Source: an uncultured Planctomycetota bacterium
Lineage (GTDB): Bacteria; Planctomycetota; Planctomycetia; Isosphaerales; Isosphaeraceae
NCBI GenBank assembly: GCA_963845755.1
Contig: CAWJTV010000024.1
Coordinates: forward strand, 1-64,000
DNA: 64,000 nucleotides
Direction: 5' to 3'
The translations under genes and the position numbers were made by a program. Below are positions 1 to 9,754 of this stretch, one piece after another; position 1 is the stretch's first letter, and each line of letters starts with the position of its first letter. Under the pieces are notes generated by a model that saw only the letters and a program-made list of their open reading frames with translations, was not told the DNA's origin and ran no database searches.

Positions 1-273
1 GACCGTTTGGCCAAGGAAATCGAAGCCGTTCTCCAAATGCGTGATCCTGGTTTTCTCGTGGGAGAGTTCGAGACCCCGCTGACGTAGGAAGTGTTCCACG
101 AGAGGTCGGACTTCGCGTTGCAGGAGGATTCGTGAGGTGCTGGTGATGATGAAGTCATCCGCATAGCGGACCAGATGGACCTTGGCTTCGTCACGCCGAT
201 GGCCTCGGGTGCCAAAGCGTTGCTCCAACAACTGCTGGAGCCCATCTAACGTCCGATTCGCCAGCGAGGAGAA
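1..273 (-). pseudogene. ltrA: Group II intron RT/maturase, fragment 4 (end of RT4 to RT7), continues out of the window
   Basis: Minus-strand translation gives SP-LANRTLDGLQQLLEQRFG...KVHLVRYADDFIIT...LELSHEKTRITHLENGFDFLGQTV, including YADD and GFDFLG. There is a 1-nt deletion near 266. Confidence 0.92.
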
Positions 274-298
274 ATCACGCCCCCAACAATGTTGCAAA
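274..298 (+). repeat. Left terminal inverted repeat of the LSR element
   Basis: ATCACGCCCCCAACAATGTTGCAAA, the exact reverse complement of 2270-2294. Confidence 0.95.
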
Positions 299-430
299 AC
301 CGTCCCTGATCCCTGACTCTGTCATTTCCAGATCGCGGCTCCGACCGAAGTATGGGCAAGGATGGCAGCCCGGGCTCGATCCCCGTCCAAGGCAGGCTGA
401 CAGCCGCGGTCTTGGAGAGGATGAGTCAAC

Positions 431-643
431 ATGATTACATCTCAACGGAGGTCAGCCCTGAGCCCTCCCGTCACCCGCCATTTCGAGTTCACCCGGTTTC
501 AGGATGAGGTGATCGCGCTGGCATACCAGGCCTTGATCCCGGTCGTTTCTCGCCACCTGGAACGGTCGCGATCGCGATCTCACGACAACGAGCAGGCCAC
601 CACAACGATGCAGGGACTCCGATCAAAGGCCAGAGGAGCTTGA
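431..643 (+). CDS. Small hypothetical protein of the LSR element (candidate directionality or accessory factor)
   Basis: 70-aa ORF with GGAGAGG upstream. It ends 6 nt before the LSR ATG and its 3' end carries the LSR RBS (GAGGAG). Confidence 0.65.
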   Translation: MITSQRRSALSPPVTRHFEFTRFQDEVIALAYQALIPVVSRHLERSRSRSHDNEQATTTMQGLRSKARGA

Positions 644-649
644 CCAGCC

Positions 650-2294
650 ATGCTCAATCACGATCTCTGTGTGGGGACCTATGGCCGGGTCTCCGGGGAC
701 CAACAGTCCAAGGAGGACACGATCGCCAGCCAGCTTGAGGCGATCAGGCAGCGCGTCGCGAGCGACGGCTTGGTATGCTCCCCCGAGCTGTGCTTTGTGG
801 ACGATGGCTACACCGGGGATACCCTGGTCCGCCCGGGCCTCGAACGACTTCGGGACCAGGCCGCTGCTGGGACCATCGATCGCCTCTACATTCTCGATCC
901 CGATCGACTTTCGCGCAAATATGCCTACCAGGTTTTGATACTCGAGGAACTGGCCCGGTGCGGCGTTGAGGTCGTCTTCCTGCGCAATCCCCTGGGTCAC
1001 GGACCCGAAGAGAACCTGCTTGTGCAGGTCCAGGGCATGATCGCTGAATACGAGCGTGCCAAGATCATGGAGCGGTGTCGCCGAGGCAAGCAGTACGCCG
1101 CCCGCCACGGCTCGGTCAACGTGCTCAGCGGCGCGCCGTATGGCTACCGCTACATCGGCAAGCATGAGGGCGGCGGCGCGGCGCGTTATCAGGTCGTGGC
1201 CGACGAGGCGCGGATCGTGCGGAAGATCTTCGGGTGGGTCGGCCAGGAACGATGCTCGATCGGTGAGGTTTGCCGACGTCTGCAACGCGACGGCGTCCCC
1301 ACGCGGACGGGCAAATCGGCCTGGGACCGCTCGGTGATCTGGTCGTATCTCAGGAACCCTGCCTACAAGGGGACGGCCGGTTTCGGCAAGACGCACGCGG
1401 GCGCCCTCAAGCCGAAGCGGCTGCGCGCAACGCGGCCGTCCTGAGCAGCCCCGGCGTCCTGTCTCTCGGGTCGATACATCCACGCAAGAACAAATCTTCA
1501 TCGATGTCCCCGGTTTGGTGAGCGAGGAACTCTTCGGGATGGTTCAAGCTCAAATCGAGGAGAACCGGCAACGCCGGCGCGAACGGCTCCGTGGCGACCG
1601 CTATCTCCTCCAGGGGTTAGTTGTCTGCAAACGGTGCGGCTACGGCTGCTACGGCAAGCCGGTGAGCCGGGCCTCGGCCAAGGGGAAGGTCCCCTACGCC
1701 TACTACCGCTGCACCGGCTCCGACGCCTATCGTTTCGGTGGCCAGCGACTGTGTTGGAACAAGCAGGTCCGCACGGATGTCTTGGACGCCGCCGTCTGGG
1801 AAGATGTGCGTCATCTCTTGTCCGAGCCCGAACGGGTTCGAGTGGAGTACGAACGGCGGCTGCACGGGCCGGAGACAGGCCCAGACCGCGAGGTGAAGCA
1901 TCTCAACAAATTGATTGCGAATCTAAAAAAGATGATCGCTCGATTGATCGATGCCTACGGCGAGGGATTACTTAACAAGTCGGAGTTCGAGCCGAGGATC
2001 TTGGCAGCGCACGAGCGCCTGGCCAAACTGGAGGATGAGTGTCGGCAGCAGATTGACGAGGCCAACCAGGAAGCCGAACTGCGGCTGGTGATCGGCCAGT
2101 TGGAGGAGTTCGCGAGACGCGTTTCCCACGAGTTGCAAGAGCCGGACTGGGCCACGCGACGGGCGATCGTTCGGGCTTTGGTGAAGAAGGTCGAGATCGA
2201 CGAGCAGGAGGTCCGCATCGTGTATCGGATCAGTCCGTCCCCTTTTGAGGGAGGCCCCCAACAGGGTTCTTTGCAACATTGTTGGGGGCGTGAT
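650..2294 (+). CDS. Large serine recombinase (resolvase, recombinase, Zn-ribbon and coiled-coil domains); frameshift near 1425; no stop codon inside the element
   Basis: YGRVS catalytic motif, DDGYTG..RPGLERL, DRLSR, PYGY, LLQGLVVCKRCG..YYRC..C. ORFs 650-1444 and 1515-2573 join with one added base. The ORF reads through the right TIR (SLQHCWGRD) into flanking DNA. Confidence 0.9.
2270..2294 (-). repeat. Right terminal inverted repeat of the LSR element
   Basis: TTTGCAACATTGTTGGGGGCGTGAT. Confidence 0.95.
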
Positions 2295-2355
2295 GATCCC
2301 TCCTTGAGGTGTGCCTTCCGTGGTGGCGAAGAGAACTTGCTTCTCCAGGAAACCG
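2295..2355 (-). pseudogene. ltrA: Group II intron RT fragment 3
   Basis: Minus strand encodes GFLEKQVLFATTEGTPQGGI, which continues KWLKA from 3888-3910. Confidence 0.9.
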
Positions 2356-3887
2356 GTACCCGTTCATGGGGCGTGATAGCTGGAATTAGGCGGCCTCGAT
2401 CTTTGGTGGAGTCACCGGGACGAGGGAGGGGATCGATTGGTTGCTCCGAGCCGCTTCAAAGCACGATGTCAGGTAGCCCAGCACGTCTCGTCCCTGCTGC
2501 CGGCACGTGGCCACCACGGTCAACATCCGCTCGACGAACCGGCTCCCCTGCGCGCTGTCGGTCCCCCCGCTGATCCGCCGCCAGATCACGGCGTGCCGCT
2601 CGGCGCACTCCGCCGCATTGTTGTCGGGAGGCACCCCCTCGACCCGCGCGAAGGTCCACAAGCTCCCCTCCACGCGCAGGATCTCGGCGCACATCCCGCG
2701 CGTCCGCGGACATCCGCACCGCGCACCGTCGTCCAGCGCCGCTTTGACCTCGCGCCTCACCCGGGTCATCGTCGCGCGGAATCGCCCCCGATCCACCCGC
2801 TCGGCCTCGAGGCGATGCCACCAGCGGTACAACCGATCCGACAGCCTCAACAGTCGTCGGCCGATCGGTTCGGCCGCCCCGCCGCGGTCGATCATCGCCT
2901 GGAAATCGCGGCGGAGATGGCTCCAGCAGATCTGCCGGCCGGCCGCGGCGATCCAGTCGTAGGAACTGCAACGGTCGGTCACCGCGATCGAGCCGTCGTG
3001 CGTCCCCAGGACCGCTCGGGCCACCTTGGCGGTGCGGTTGCGGGCGATGGTGAAGACGGTGAACATCGCGGTCACCGCCGCCCAAAGCCAGGCCTTGGCC
3101 GCTCCTCCCGCCAGGAGGTCTCGTCGGCATGGATCACCTCCGCCGTGTGGACGGCGACGGCCAGCTCGTTATAGGGGGCCTCCAGCACGGCGGCCGATTG
3201 TCGCTCCAGCTTGGAGATCATCCCGGTGGAGATCGACAGCCCCAACAGATCGCCGGCGAGTTGCTGGATCTGCCGCTTGCTGAGGCGGTAGGCGCCGGCC
3301 AGGGTCGCCAGCACGGCCTGAGTGTACGGGCTGAAGTGGCTGGTGGAGACCCCCTCGGGGAGGGTCGCACACGTGGTCGTCCCACAGTCCGGACAAGCGA
3401 GCCGATGCAGCCGGTATTCGTCCACGAGTGGCTCGATCCGGGGCAGGTCGGCGACCTGATGGATCAAGGGTGTGGGATCCTCGCCGTGCAGCGCATGGCC
3501 GCAGCGACGACAGGCCCCGGGCCGACGATCGGTGGACGATCGGAGCTCCTCGGGAGGGACCAGGGCGCGGAACGCCTTGCGATGGCCGGGTTGTCCGCCG
3601 CGTTTGCGCCGCGAAGGCGGAGTCGGCGGCTTTCGTTTCAGGCCGATCGGGTCGGAAGAGGGGGGCTTGGAGGAATTCGTCGAGTTGAGTCCGAGCCGGG
3701 CCCGGAGATCGCGCACGGTGGTCTTCAACTCGGCGATCTCATCCCGGAGCACATTCCAGGCATCGAGGAGGGCGGCTTGCGCGTCCTCGGGCACGGTGCT
3801 CCAGAGTGGCTCAGGGATCGGAAGCTGCTGACTCATATACAGTAATACGAACTAACTGTACAAATTGTTCGGGGTGTGAACGGCTAC
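2356..3887 (-). mobile_element. IS66-family element, single-ORF ISBst12-like group
   Basis: Ends GTACCCGTTCA and GTAGCCGTTCA (inverted). 8-bp TSD GGAAACCG at 2348-2355 and 3888-3895. Length 1,532 bp. Confidence 0.92.
2386..3836 (-). CDS. IS66-family DDE transposase (frameshift near 3100)
   Basis: NSTNSSKPPSSD, GGQPGH, CxxC zinc motifs, HADET, QICWSHLRR and PPDNNAAE motifs across ORFs 3072-3836 and 2386-3075. Confidence 0.9.
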
Positions 3888-4417
3888 GGAAACCGGCCTT
3901 CAACCATTTCCTGAGCATGTCCTTGTCCATGGGGATGTGGTCCAGCAGCCAGTTATGGCTGATTTGATCAAAGCATGCTTTGATATCCCCTTCCAAAATC
4001 CATTTCGGACCGGTGGGATTCCTCAGGATCTTGTGACATTGATCCAGAGCATCGGCGCAGCATCGTTCCAACCGAAAGCCATAGGAGTGACCGTCGGCTT
4101 GAGATTCCGCGATGGGATCGAGACCGAGCAGGTGGAGGGCCTGCATAGCTCGATCGGCCATGGTGGGAATCCCGAGGGCGCGGCGGCGGCCGTTGCTCTT
4201 GGGAATGTACACCCTGCGGAGCGGTTGCGGCTGATAGCCGTGCCGACGCAAGGCGTTGAAGGCCCTCGTCTTGGCCTCCGGCGTGGTCCAGAGGATTCCG
4301 TCCACGCCCGGAGTTCTTGCACCCGAATTGCTGATAACTCGTAGAATGGCCAGAGCCCGGCCACTATATGAGTGAGTGAGCAGGTAAACCAGGGCTTTGA
4401 CTTTATTCCACCTGCCC
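3888..4417 (-). pseudogene. ltrA: Group II intron RT fragment 2 (RT0-RT3)
   Basis: GRWNKVKAL..TPGVDG..PLRRVYIPKSNGRRRALGIPTMADRAMQ..SYGFR..WILEGDIKACFDQISH..KWLKAG. Confidence 0.93.
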
Positions 4418-4523
4418 TGATTAGCGACAATTAGAATTCCCGCCCAGCGACAATCAGAATTCCCGCCTCCTCTCGCTTGGTTGTTCACTACGTGGTTTCC
4501 TCCTCGGTCAGGAGGCAACCACC

Positions 4524-6034
4524 ATGACCAAGGACATCCAGGTTCTCAAGCTTCGCCAGCTTCTCGGCGAGGGAATGCCGCTCTACCGTGCGGCTTGGAA
4601 GGTGGGTATGGACGCCAAGACCGCTCAAAAGTACCGAGACTCGGATCGCCTGCCCAGTGAATCGTGGACTCCCAAGACCTGGCGGACCCGGGAGGATCCG
4701 TTCCAGGAAGTCTGGCCGGAACTCCACGATCGGCTGGTGCTCAACCCGGGGCTCCAAGCCAAGACCCTGTTTGAGGATCTTCAGCATCGCTTCCCGGGCC
4801 GGTTCCCCGACGGCCAGCTCCGGACCTTGCAACGGAAGATCAAAGCGTGGCGGGCCACCGACGGTCCACCCAAGGAGGTTTTCTTCGATCAGATCCACAC
4901 GCCCGGCGCGTTGGGCGCCTCCGACTTCACTTCCCTGAACGATTTGCAGGTCACACTCGCTGGCCAATCGTTCGATCACCTGGTCTATCACTTCGTTCTG
5001 ACCTACTCCAACTGGGAGACCGGCACCGTCTGTTTCTCCGAAAGTTTCGAGAGCCTCAGCCAGGGGCTCCAGAACGCCCTTTGGGAACTGGGAGGGGTTC
5101 CCCAGACTCATCGCACCGATCGGCTCACGGCCGCGGTCAACAACCTCGGCGATCGGGACTTGTTCCAGCAACGATACCGCGCCTTGATGGCCCACTATGG
5201 CATGGCACCTCAAGCCATCCAGGCTGGTAAGGCCAACCAGAACGGAGACGCCGAACAGAGTCATAACCGGTTCAAACAAGCGATGGATCAGGCCCTGATG
5301 TTGCGCAGCGGCCGCGATTTCGCCGACCGAGCAGCCTACGAGCTGTTCCTTCGCCAGGTCTTCGCTCAGCGCAACAGCGGACGGATCCCGCGGTTCACCG
5401 AGGAACGACTGTTGCTGAAGGACCTCCCCTCGCGGCGGGTGGACGCCTGGCACCGGCGCCGGGTGCGGGTCACCCAGGGGAGTACGATCCGGGTTGGCTC
5501 CAACACCTACTCGGTGCCGAGCCGACTCATCGGTGAACAGGTCGATGTCCATGTGATGGCGGAATGCCTGGAGGTGTGGCACGGCGCGGCGCGATTGAAA
5601 GGGTCCCTCGGCAGCGCGGCCACAACAAACACGTGATTAACTATCGGCACGTGATCGACTGGTTGGTGCGCAAGCCGGGGGCGTTCGCGGCCTATCGGCA
5701 CCGGGACGCGATGTTCCCAACCGGCCGGTTTCGCCGAGCCTACGACGTCTTGCTGGCACAAAGCCCGGCCCGCGCCACCAAGGATTATCTCCGGATCCTG
5801 GAGTTGGCGGCGAAGGAGTCGGAAGTCGGGGTCGACGCCGTCCTGGGCCGGCTCTTGGACGGGAACATGCCGATCACCCCGACCGTCGTCACGGAGCACC
5901 TGGGTCACGACCTGGGCCTGCCTCGCGCGATGGAGGTGGTCGTCACGACGGTGGATTTGTCGATGTACGACCTGTTACTCGAGACCAGGGAGGATATTCC
6001 ATCAGTAAGCCAATCGATGTGCATGAGTCTCTGA
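4524..6034 (+). CDS. istA: IS21 transposase IstA (frameshift near 5590)
   Basis: WRTREDPF, LRTLQR, ASDFT, HRTDRLTAAV, NGDAEQSH, NTYSVPSRLIG; C-terminal INYRHVIDWLVRKPGAF in the next frame. Confidence 0.9.
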
Positions 6035-6795
6035 CGGACTGCCTTCGCGAGCTCCACCTGCCGACGATCCGGCAGGCGTACGAATCGGCGGCGGCACGAG
6101 CCCGTCAGGAGTTGACCAGTTACGAACGTTACCTCCTGGATCTGGCGGAGCGCGAGTGCGAGTCGCGGCGTTCCCACCGGGTCGAGCGGTTGTTGCGAGA
6201 ATCGAGGCTGTTCATGGAAAAGAACCTGTCAAGCCTGGACCTGAAGCGACTGCCGTCCAAGGCGGCGCAGCAGGTCAGAACTCTGCTCGAAGGCGATTTT
6301 GTTGGACGAAATGACAATGTGCTCATATTCGGGAATCCCGGCAGTGGCAAGAGCCACGTGGCGTGCGCGATCGGGCAGGAACTGATCCGCTCGGGGCGGA
6401 AGGTGATGTTCGCGACGTGCGCCTTGATGGTTCAAGATCTGTTGGCCGCGAAGCGCGACCTGAAGCTGCGCGGTTTTCTCAAGAAGATTTCCCGATATGA
6501 GGTGCTGATCCTTGACGATATTGGATACGTACAATACAGCCGGGACGAGATGGAGGTGCTCTTCAACCTGCTGGCGGAACGGTACGAGCGCGGGAGCGTG
6601 ATGCTGACGAGCAACCTGCCGTTTTCGGGATGGGAGGCGATCTTCAAGGATCCGATGACGACCGCCGCCGCCATCGACCGGCTGGTGCACCATAGCGTGA
6701 TCGTGGAGTTGAACGTTCCGAGCTACCGAGCCGAGCAGGCCAAGAAGTCGCGTCAAAAGCCGGTGGAACCGACAGACGCACGAGAGGAGGGATGA
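6019..6795 (+). CDS. istB: IS21 helper ATPase IstB
   Basis: Walker A GNPGSGKS, Walker B LILDDIGY, TSNLPFSGW, AAIDRLVHH. Confidence 0.95.
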   Translation: MHESLTDCLRELHLPTIRQAYESAAARARQELTSYERYLLDLAERECESRRSHRVERLLRESRLFMEKNLSSLDLKRLPSKAAQQVRTLLEGDFVGRNDNVLIFGNPGSGKSHVACAIGQELIRSGRKVMFATCALMVQDLLAAKRDLKLRGFLKKISRYEVLILDDIGYVQYSRDEMEVLFNLLAERYERGSVMLTSNLPFSGWEAIFKDPMTTAAAIDRLVHHSVIVELNVPSYRAEQAKKSRQKPVEPTDAREEG

Positions 6796-6928
6796 ACGAG
6801 GCGCAGGAATGGTTGATCCCAGAGGCGAGAGGGATGGTCAATTGGCCAGAATCCCAGGGGCTTGTACACTATGGCCGAGTAGGGAATTCTAATTGTCGTC
6901 GACAGGGAAATCTAATTGTCGCTAATCA

Positions 6929-7061
6929 TGCCCTCCCGAACCGCCTTCACGATACGCGCCTGGAGCCGACGAACATTGCGGTAGACCGCCTTCCAATTGA
7001 TGGAATGCCAGTCGGTTGCAAGGTCGGGAGCCGCACCAGCGGGCATTTCTGCTGCTGACAT
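6929..7061 (-). pseudogene. ltrA: Group II intron RT fragment 1 (N-terminus)
   Basis: MSAAEMPAGAAPDLATDWHSINWKAVYRNVRRLQARIVKAVREG with RBS-like AAAGGGAG upstream. It joins GRWNKVK across the IS21 TSD. Confidence 0.9.
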
Positions 7062-7799
7062 ATCTGCTTGTCTCCCTTTGTCGGTTGGCCAAGGTTCTCT
7101 CGTGACGGAAGACCAGAGGGAAGTCTGCCCCCTTTCGGGTAGGGTGATCTCGCCGGATGGCTCAACCCTTATCTGGTCGGTTACGGACCAGCTTTCGCTT
7201 TCTCCCTCCTCCTTTACCCGCCGCCCCATCGGCTTCTCTTGCGAGTCGCTTTCCCTTGCGGGGAGACGACGGGCTTACCACGTTTCGCCGATATGCCGGG
7301 GTGGGGAAGGTCGCAGCTATCCGCCGGTGGTCCGTCATCTGCGTCGAGAGATCGATGAGCCCTCGAACCTGACCACATGCCGTTTTGGCCCAAGCGTGTC
7401 AGCATCTTTCGCTTGTTCGCACTCACGACGTTTATCGCTGCTTCACCGAAGTTGACCTATCCACCTCATCCTGGCCCCCGACCGCCTTGATGCTCGCGGT
7501 CGCAGCGTCAGCTCACGCGTCGGCTGCCCTCTCGAGAGAGGAGGTTACGTTGTTCCGGGGCTTACTATCCCGGTAGGATCCTGTCGGCAGAACAACAGGT
7601 GCCGTCGGTCTTCTCCGAAGGCCTCGGCACAGCCACATCGACGACATCGTGTCGCACCTTCGAGAGTGCGGGAGAGCCGTCAAGTGGCACCATTTCTTCT
7701 GAGTTATTTGGCGCCATGGATGCAATCGCTGTTGCTGCGCATCCGCAGGGTGATCAGAGCTTCTGAAGACGAAAGGCCCTTCTTTGAGCCGAGACAACA

Positions 7800-7827
7800 A
7801 CGTCCGATAATGGAAGTTATGTTCGCT
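7800..7827 (+). other. dif-like tyrosine recombinase site (putative)
   Basis: ACGTCCGATAA-TGGAAG-TTATGTTCGCT resembles E. coli dif (GGTGCGCATAA-6N-TTATGTTAAAT). Confidence 0.4.
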
Positions 7828-8281
7828 AACGTCCGAATGTGGCGGATGTGAAGCCTGTGACGGCCGCCTCGGGACTTCGCCCGCCTGCAACTCGCCCGCC
7901 TGCCGCATGGACGGCACACTGGACAGTCTTGGGCGTCAGCGGAATCGGCATGCCGACCCACTTTCTAGAGAGCCTTGCGATTACAACCGAACAATGACCG
8001 AAGACCTTCCATTAGTTGTCCGGCGGCCAGGGATATCCATCCAGCGCGTCGAGCGCTCCATGCCTCTTGACCGACGTCCATTCGACATTCATAGTAACAC
8101 TTCGATCAACGTGGCCGAATTGGTCGATATACTTGGTTCAAGACCCGGTCGGCTAAGCGATCTGATCAGGTTCAACGCCTGTCTTCAGCAAGACTTATGA
8201 TCGAAACTCGGACGGCCCGCATCTCGATCGTCGGGACAGCGCCCCGCGAGCCGAGCGGCCTCGGGGAGTCCTCGCGGAACG

Positions 8282-9607
8282 ATGCGGATCCTGTTCGTCC
8301 ATCAAAACTTTCCGTCACAGTTCGGGCACATCGCCCGCCACCTGGTCCGGTCGAAGAGCTGGCAATGTGACTTCGTTTCGGAAACTCCCGCCGGTATCTG
8401 GGACGGAGTGCGTAAGATCCAGTACCAGACCAGTGGCGGTGCGCGCGCCACGACGCACTACTTCAGCCGAACGTTCGAGAACGCGGTCTGGCACGCCCAC
8501 GCCGTTTACCAGGCGTGCGAAGCAAACCCCGACCTGGCACCCGACCTGATCGTCGGGCACAGCGGGTTCGGCTCGACGGTTTTCTTGCCCGAGCTTTTCC
8601 CCGGCGTGCCGATTATCAATTATTTTGAATACTTCTACAGGCCGCATGGTTCCGACATGGACTTCCGGCCGGACTTCCCTCCCGAGCCGCGCGATTTCCT
8701 CAGGGCTCGGGCGCGGAACGGGATGATTCTGCTGGACCTCCAGACCTGCTGCGCCGGCTATAGCCCGACGCAATTCCAGCGCGATCTCTTCCCCGGCGAG
8801 TACCGCCCCAAGATCGAGGTTATCTTCGACGGCATCGACACCGAGGTGTTTTGCCGACGCCCGGACGCCCCTCGCTGGATCGCTGGCCGGGCGATTCCCA
8901 CCTCGACGCGCCTCGTGACGTATGTCAGCCGCGGGTTCGAGTCGATGCGCGGATTCGATATCTTCATGCGCGCCTCCCGTATCATCGCCCGGGAATACCC
9001 CGACGTCCTCTTCGTCGTCGTCGGGAGCGACCGGGTCTGCTATGGCGGCGATGAGAAGCACATCCGGCATGCGACGTTCCGCGAGCACGTCCTGGCGGGC
9101 GACGACTATGATCTGTCGAAATACCTCTTCACGGGGCTCGTTCCGGTTTCCACGCTCGTCGACATCCTGAGCCTCAGCGACCTGCACGTCTATCTGACGG
9201 TGCCGTTCGTCCTGTCGTGGTCGATGATGAACGCCCTGGCATGCGGCTGCACGGTCCTGGCCTCCGACACGGCGCCGGTGGTCGAGATGATCGCAGACGG
9301 CCAGAACGGCCTGCTCGTTGACTTCTTCGATGTCGAAGGGCTGGCGCGTCGGGCCGTCGACGTGCTGCGCGATCCGGTGTCGTTCCGCGTCCTGGGCGAG
9401 CGCGGCGCCGAGCTCATCGCGGAGCGTTACGCCCTCGGCGTCACATTGCCCAGACTGCTGGCTCTTTTCGAGCGGGTCGTCGGGGCGGCGGAGGCCCGTT
9501 GCGAGCCAGACCCGCAGGAAAAAAACCGATCTCCCAGTCCACAAACCGACCCGGCGCGCAGTCATTTTATCAGACGTTTCGGGGACCGGGGTACGTCGGT
9601 CGAATAG
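8282..9607 (+). CDS. Glycosyltransferase family 4 (GT-B)
   Basis: MRILFVHQNFPSQF, GHSGFG, YVSRGFESMRGF, HVYLTVPFVLSWSMMNALACG..SDTAPVVE..DGQNGLLVDF. Confidence 0.9.
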   Translation: MRILFVHQNFPSQFGHIARHLVRSKSWQCDFVSETPAGIWDGVRKIQYQTSGGARATTHYFSRTFENAVWHAHAVYQACEANPDLAPDLIVGHSGFGSTVFLPELFPGVPIINYFEYFYRPHGSDMDFRPDFPPEPRDFLRARARNGMILLDLQTCCAGYSPTQFQRDLFPGEYRPKIEVIFDGIDTEVFCRRPDAPRWIAGRAIPTSTRLVTYVSRGFESMRGFDIFMRASRIIAREYPDVLFVVVGSDRVCYGGDEKHIRHATFREHVLAGDDYDLSKYLFTGLVPVSTLVDILSLSDLHVYLTVPFVLSWSMMNALACGCTVLASDTAPVVEMIADGQNGLLVDFFDVEGLARRAVDVLRDPVSFRVLGERGAELIAERYALGVTLPRLLALFERVVGAAEARCEPDPQEKNRSPSPQTDPARSHFIRRFGDRGTSVE

Positions 9608-9754
9608 CTTTCCGAACTCCGCGGTGATCGACATCAGACCTTCCGAATCGCGCTCACTCGGCTGGCACATGCCGTCATGCCTTCGTATCCTAAATCTCAT
9701 CCACATGCCGTGGAGGGAGTGCCGGGCACCCAGGCTCGGCCTGGAGGATCGACG

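Larger units (their letters stand above)
274..2294 (+). mobile_element. 2,021-bp large-serine-recombinase element inserted in the intron RT PQGG motif
   Basis: Perfect 25-bp terminal inverted repeats (274-298 and 2270-2294). Removing the element while keeping one AT restores GGA GGG ATC ATT TCT CCT (GGIISP) on the minus strand. It encodes a small ORF and an LSR. Confidence 0.9.
4418..6928 (+). mobile_element. IS21-family element
   Basis: TG...CA ends with perfect 18-bp IR TGATTAGCGACAATTAGA. Repeated internal CGACAATYAGAATTCCC-like boxes at both ends. 5-bp TSD TGCCC at 4413-4417 and 6929-6933. Carries istA and istB. Confidence 0.95.
1..7657 (-). mobile_element. Group II intron (probably IIB/chloroplast-like class); 5' end at 7657, 3' end (DV/DVI) lies left of the window; interrupted by three nested elements
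   Basis: Minus strand begins GTGCGACACG at 7657, followed by ~600 nt of non-coding leader before the RT ATG at 7061. Intron GAGTGCG (7418-7424, EBS2-like position) is complementary to exon positions -13..-7 (CGCACTC, 7664-7670). The RT fragments reassemble into one ORF. Confidence 0.9.

Noticed and set aside
1420..1445. Programmed frameshift in the LSR
   Set aside because: No slippery heptamer is present and similar indels occur throughout the window.
2368..2377. GGGGCGTGAT inside the IS66 end matching the LSR TIR tip
   Set aside because: Only 10 bp, inside a separately bounded IS with its own TSD; probably chance.
2295..2573. C-terminal extension of the recombinase ORF (1515-2573) as a real domain
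   Set aside because: It is read-through into antisense intron RT and IS66 sequence beyond the right TIR.
1..7061. RT as a retron, DGR or defence RT
   Set aside because: The RT0 region, YADD, the WxxINW N-terminal extension, the GTGCG 5' end and EBS2/IBS2 pairing all indicate a group II intron. No TR/VR pair was seen.
7330..7375. EBS1 assignment
   Set aside because: Only partial complements to IBS1 (TCGAAG) were found, so it cannot be placed without folding the RNA.
6792..7455. ORFs 6792-7058, 6997-7455 and 7157-7372
   Set aside because: They overlap the IS21 right end and the antisense strand of the intron ribozyme, with no recognisable protein features.
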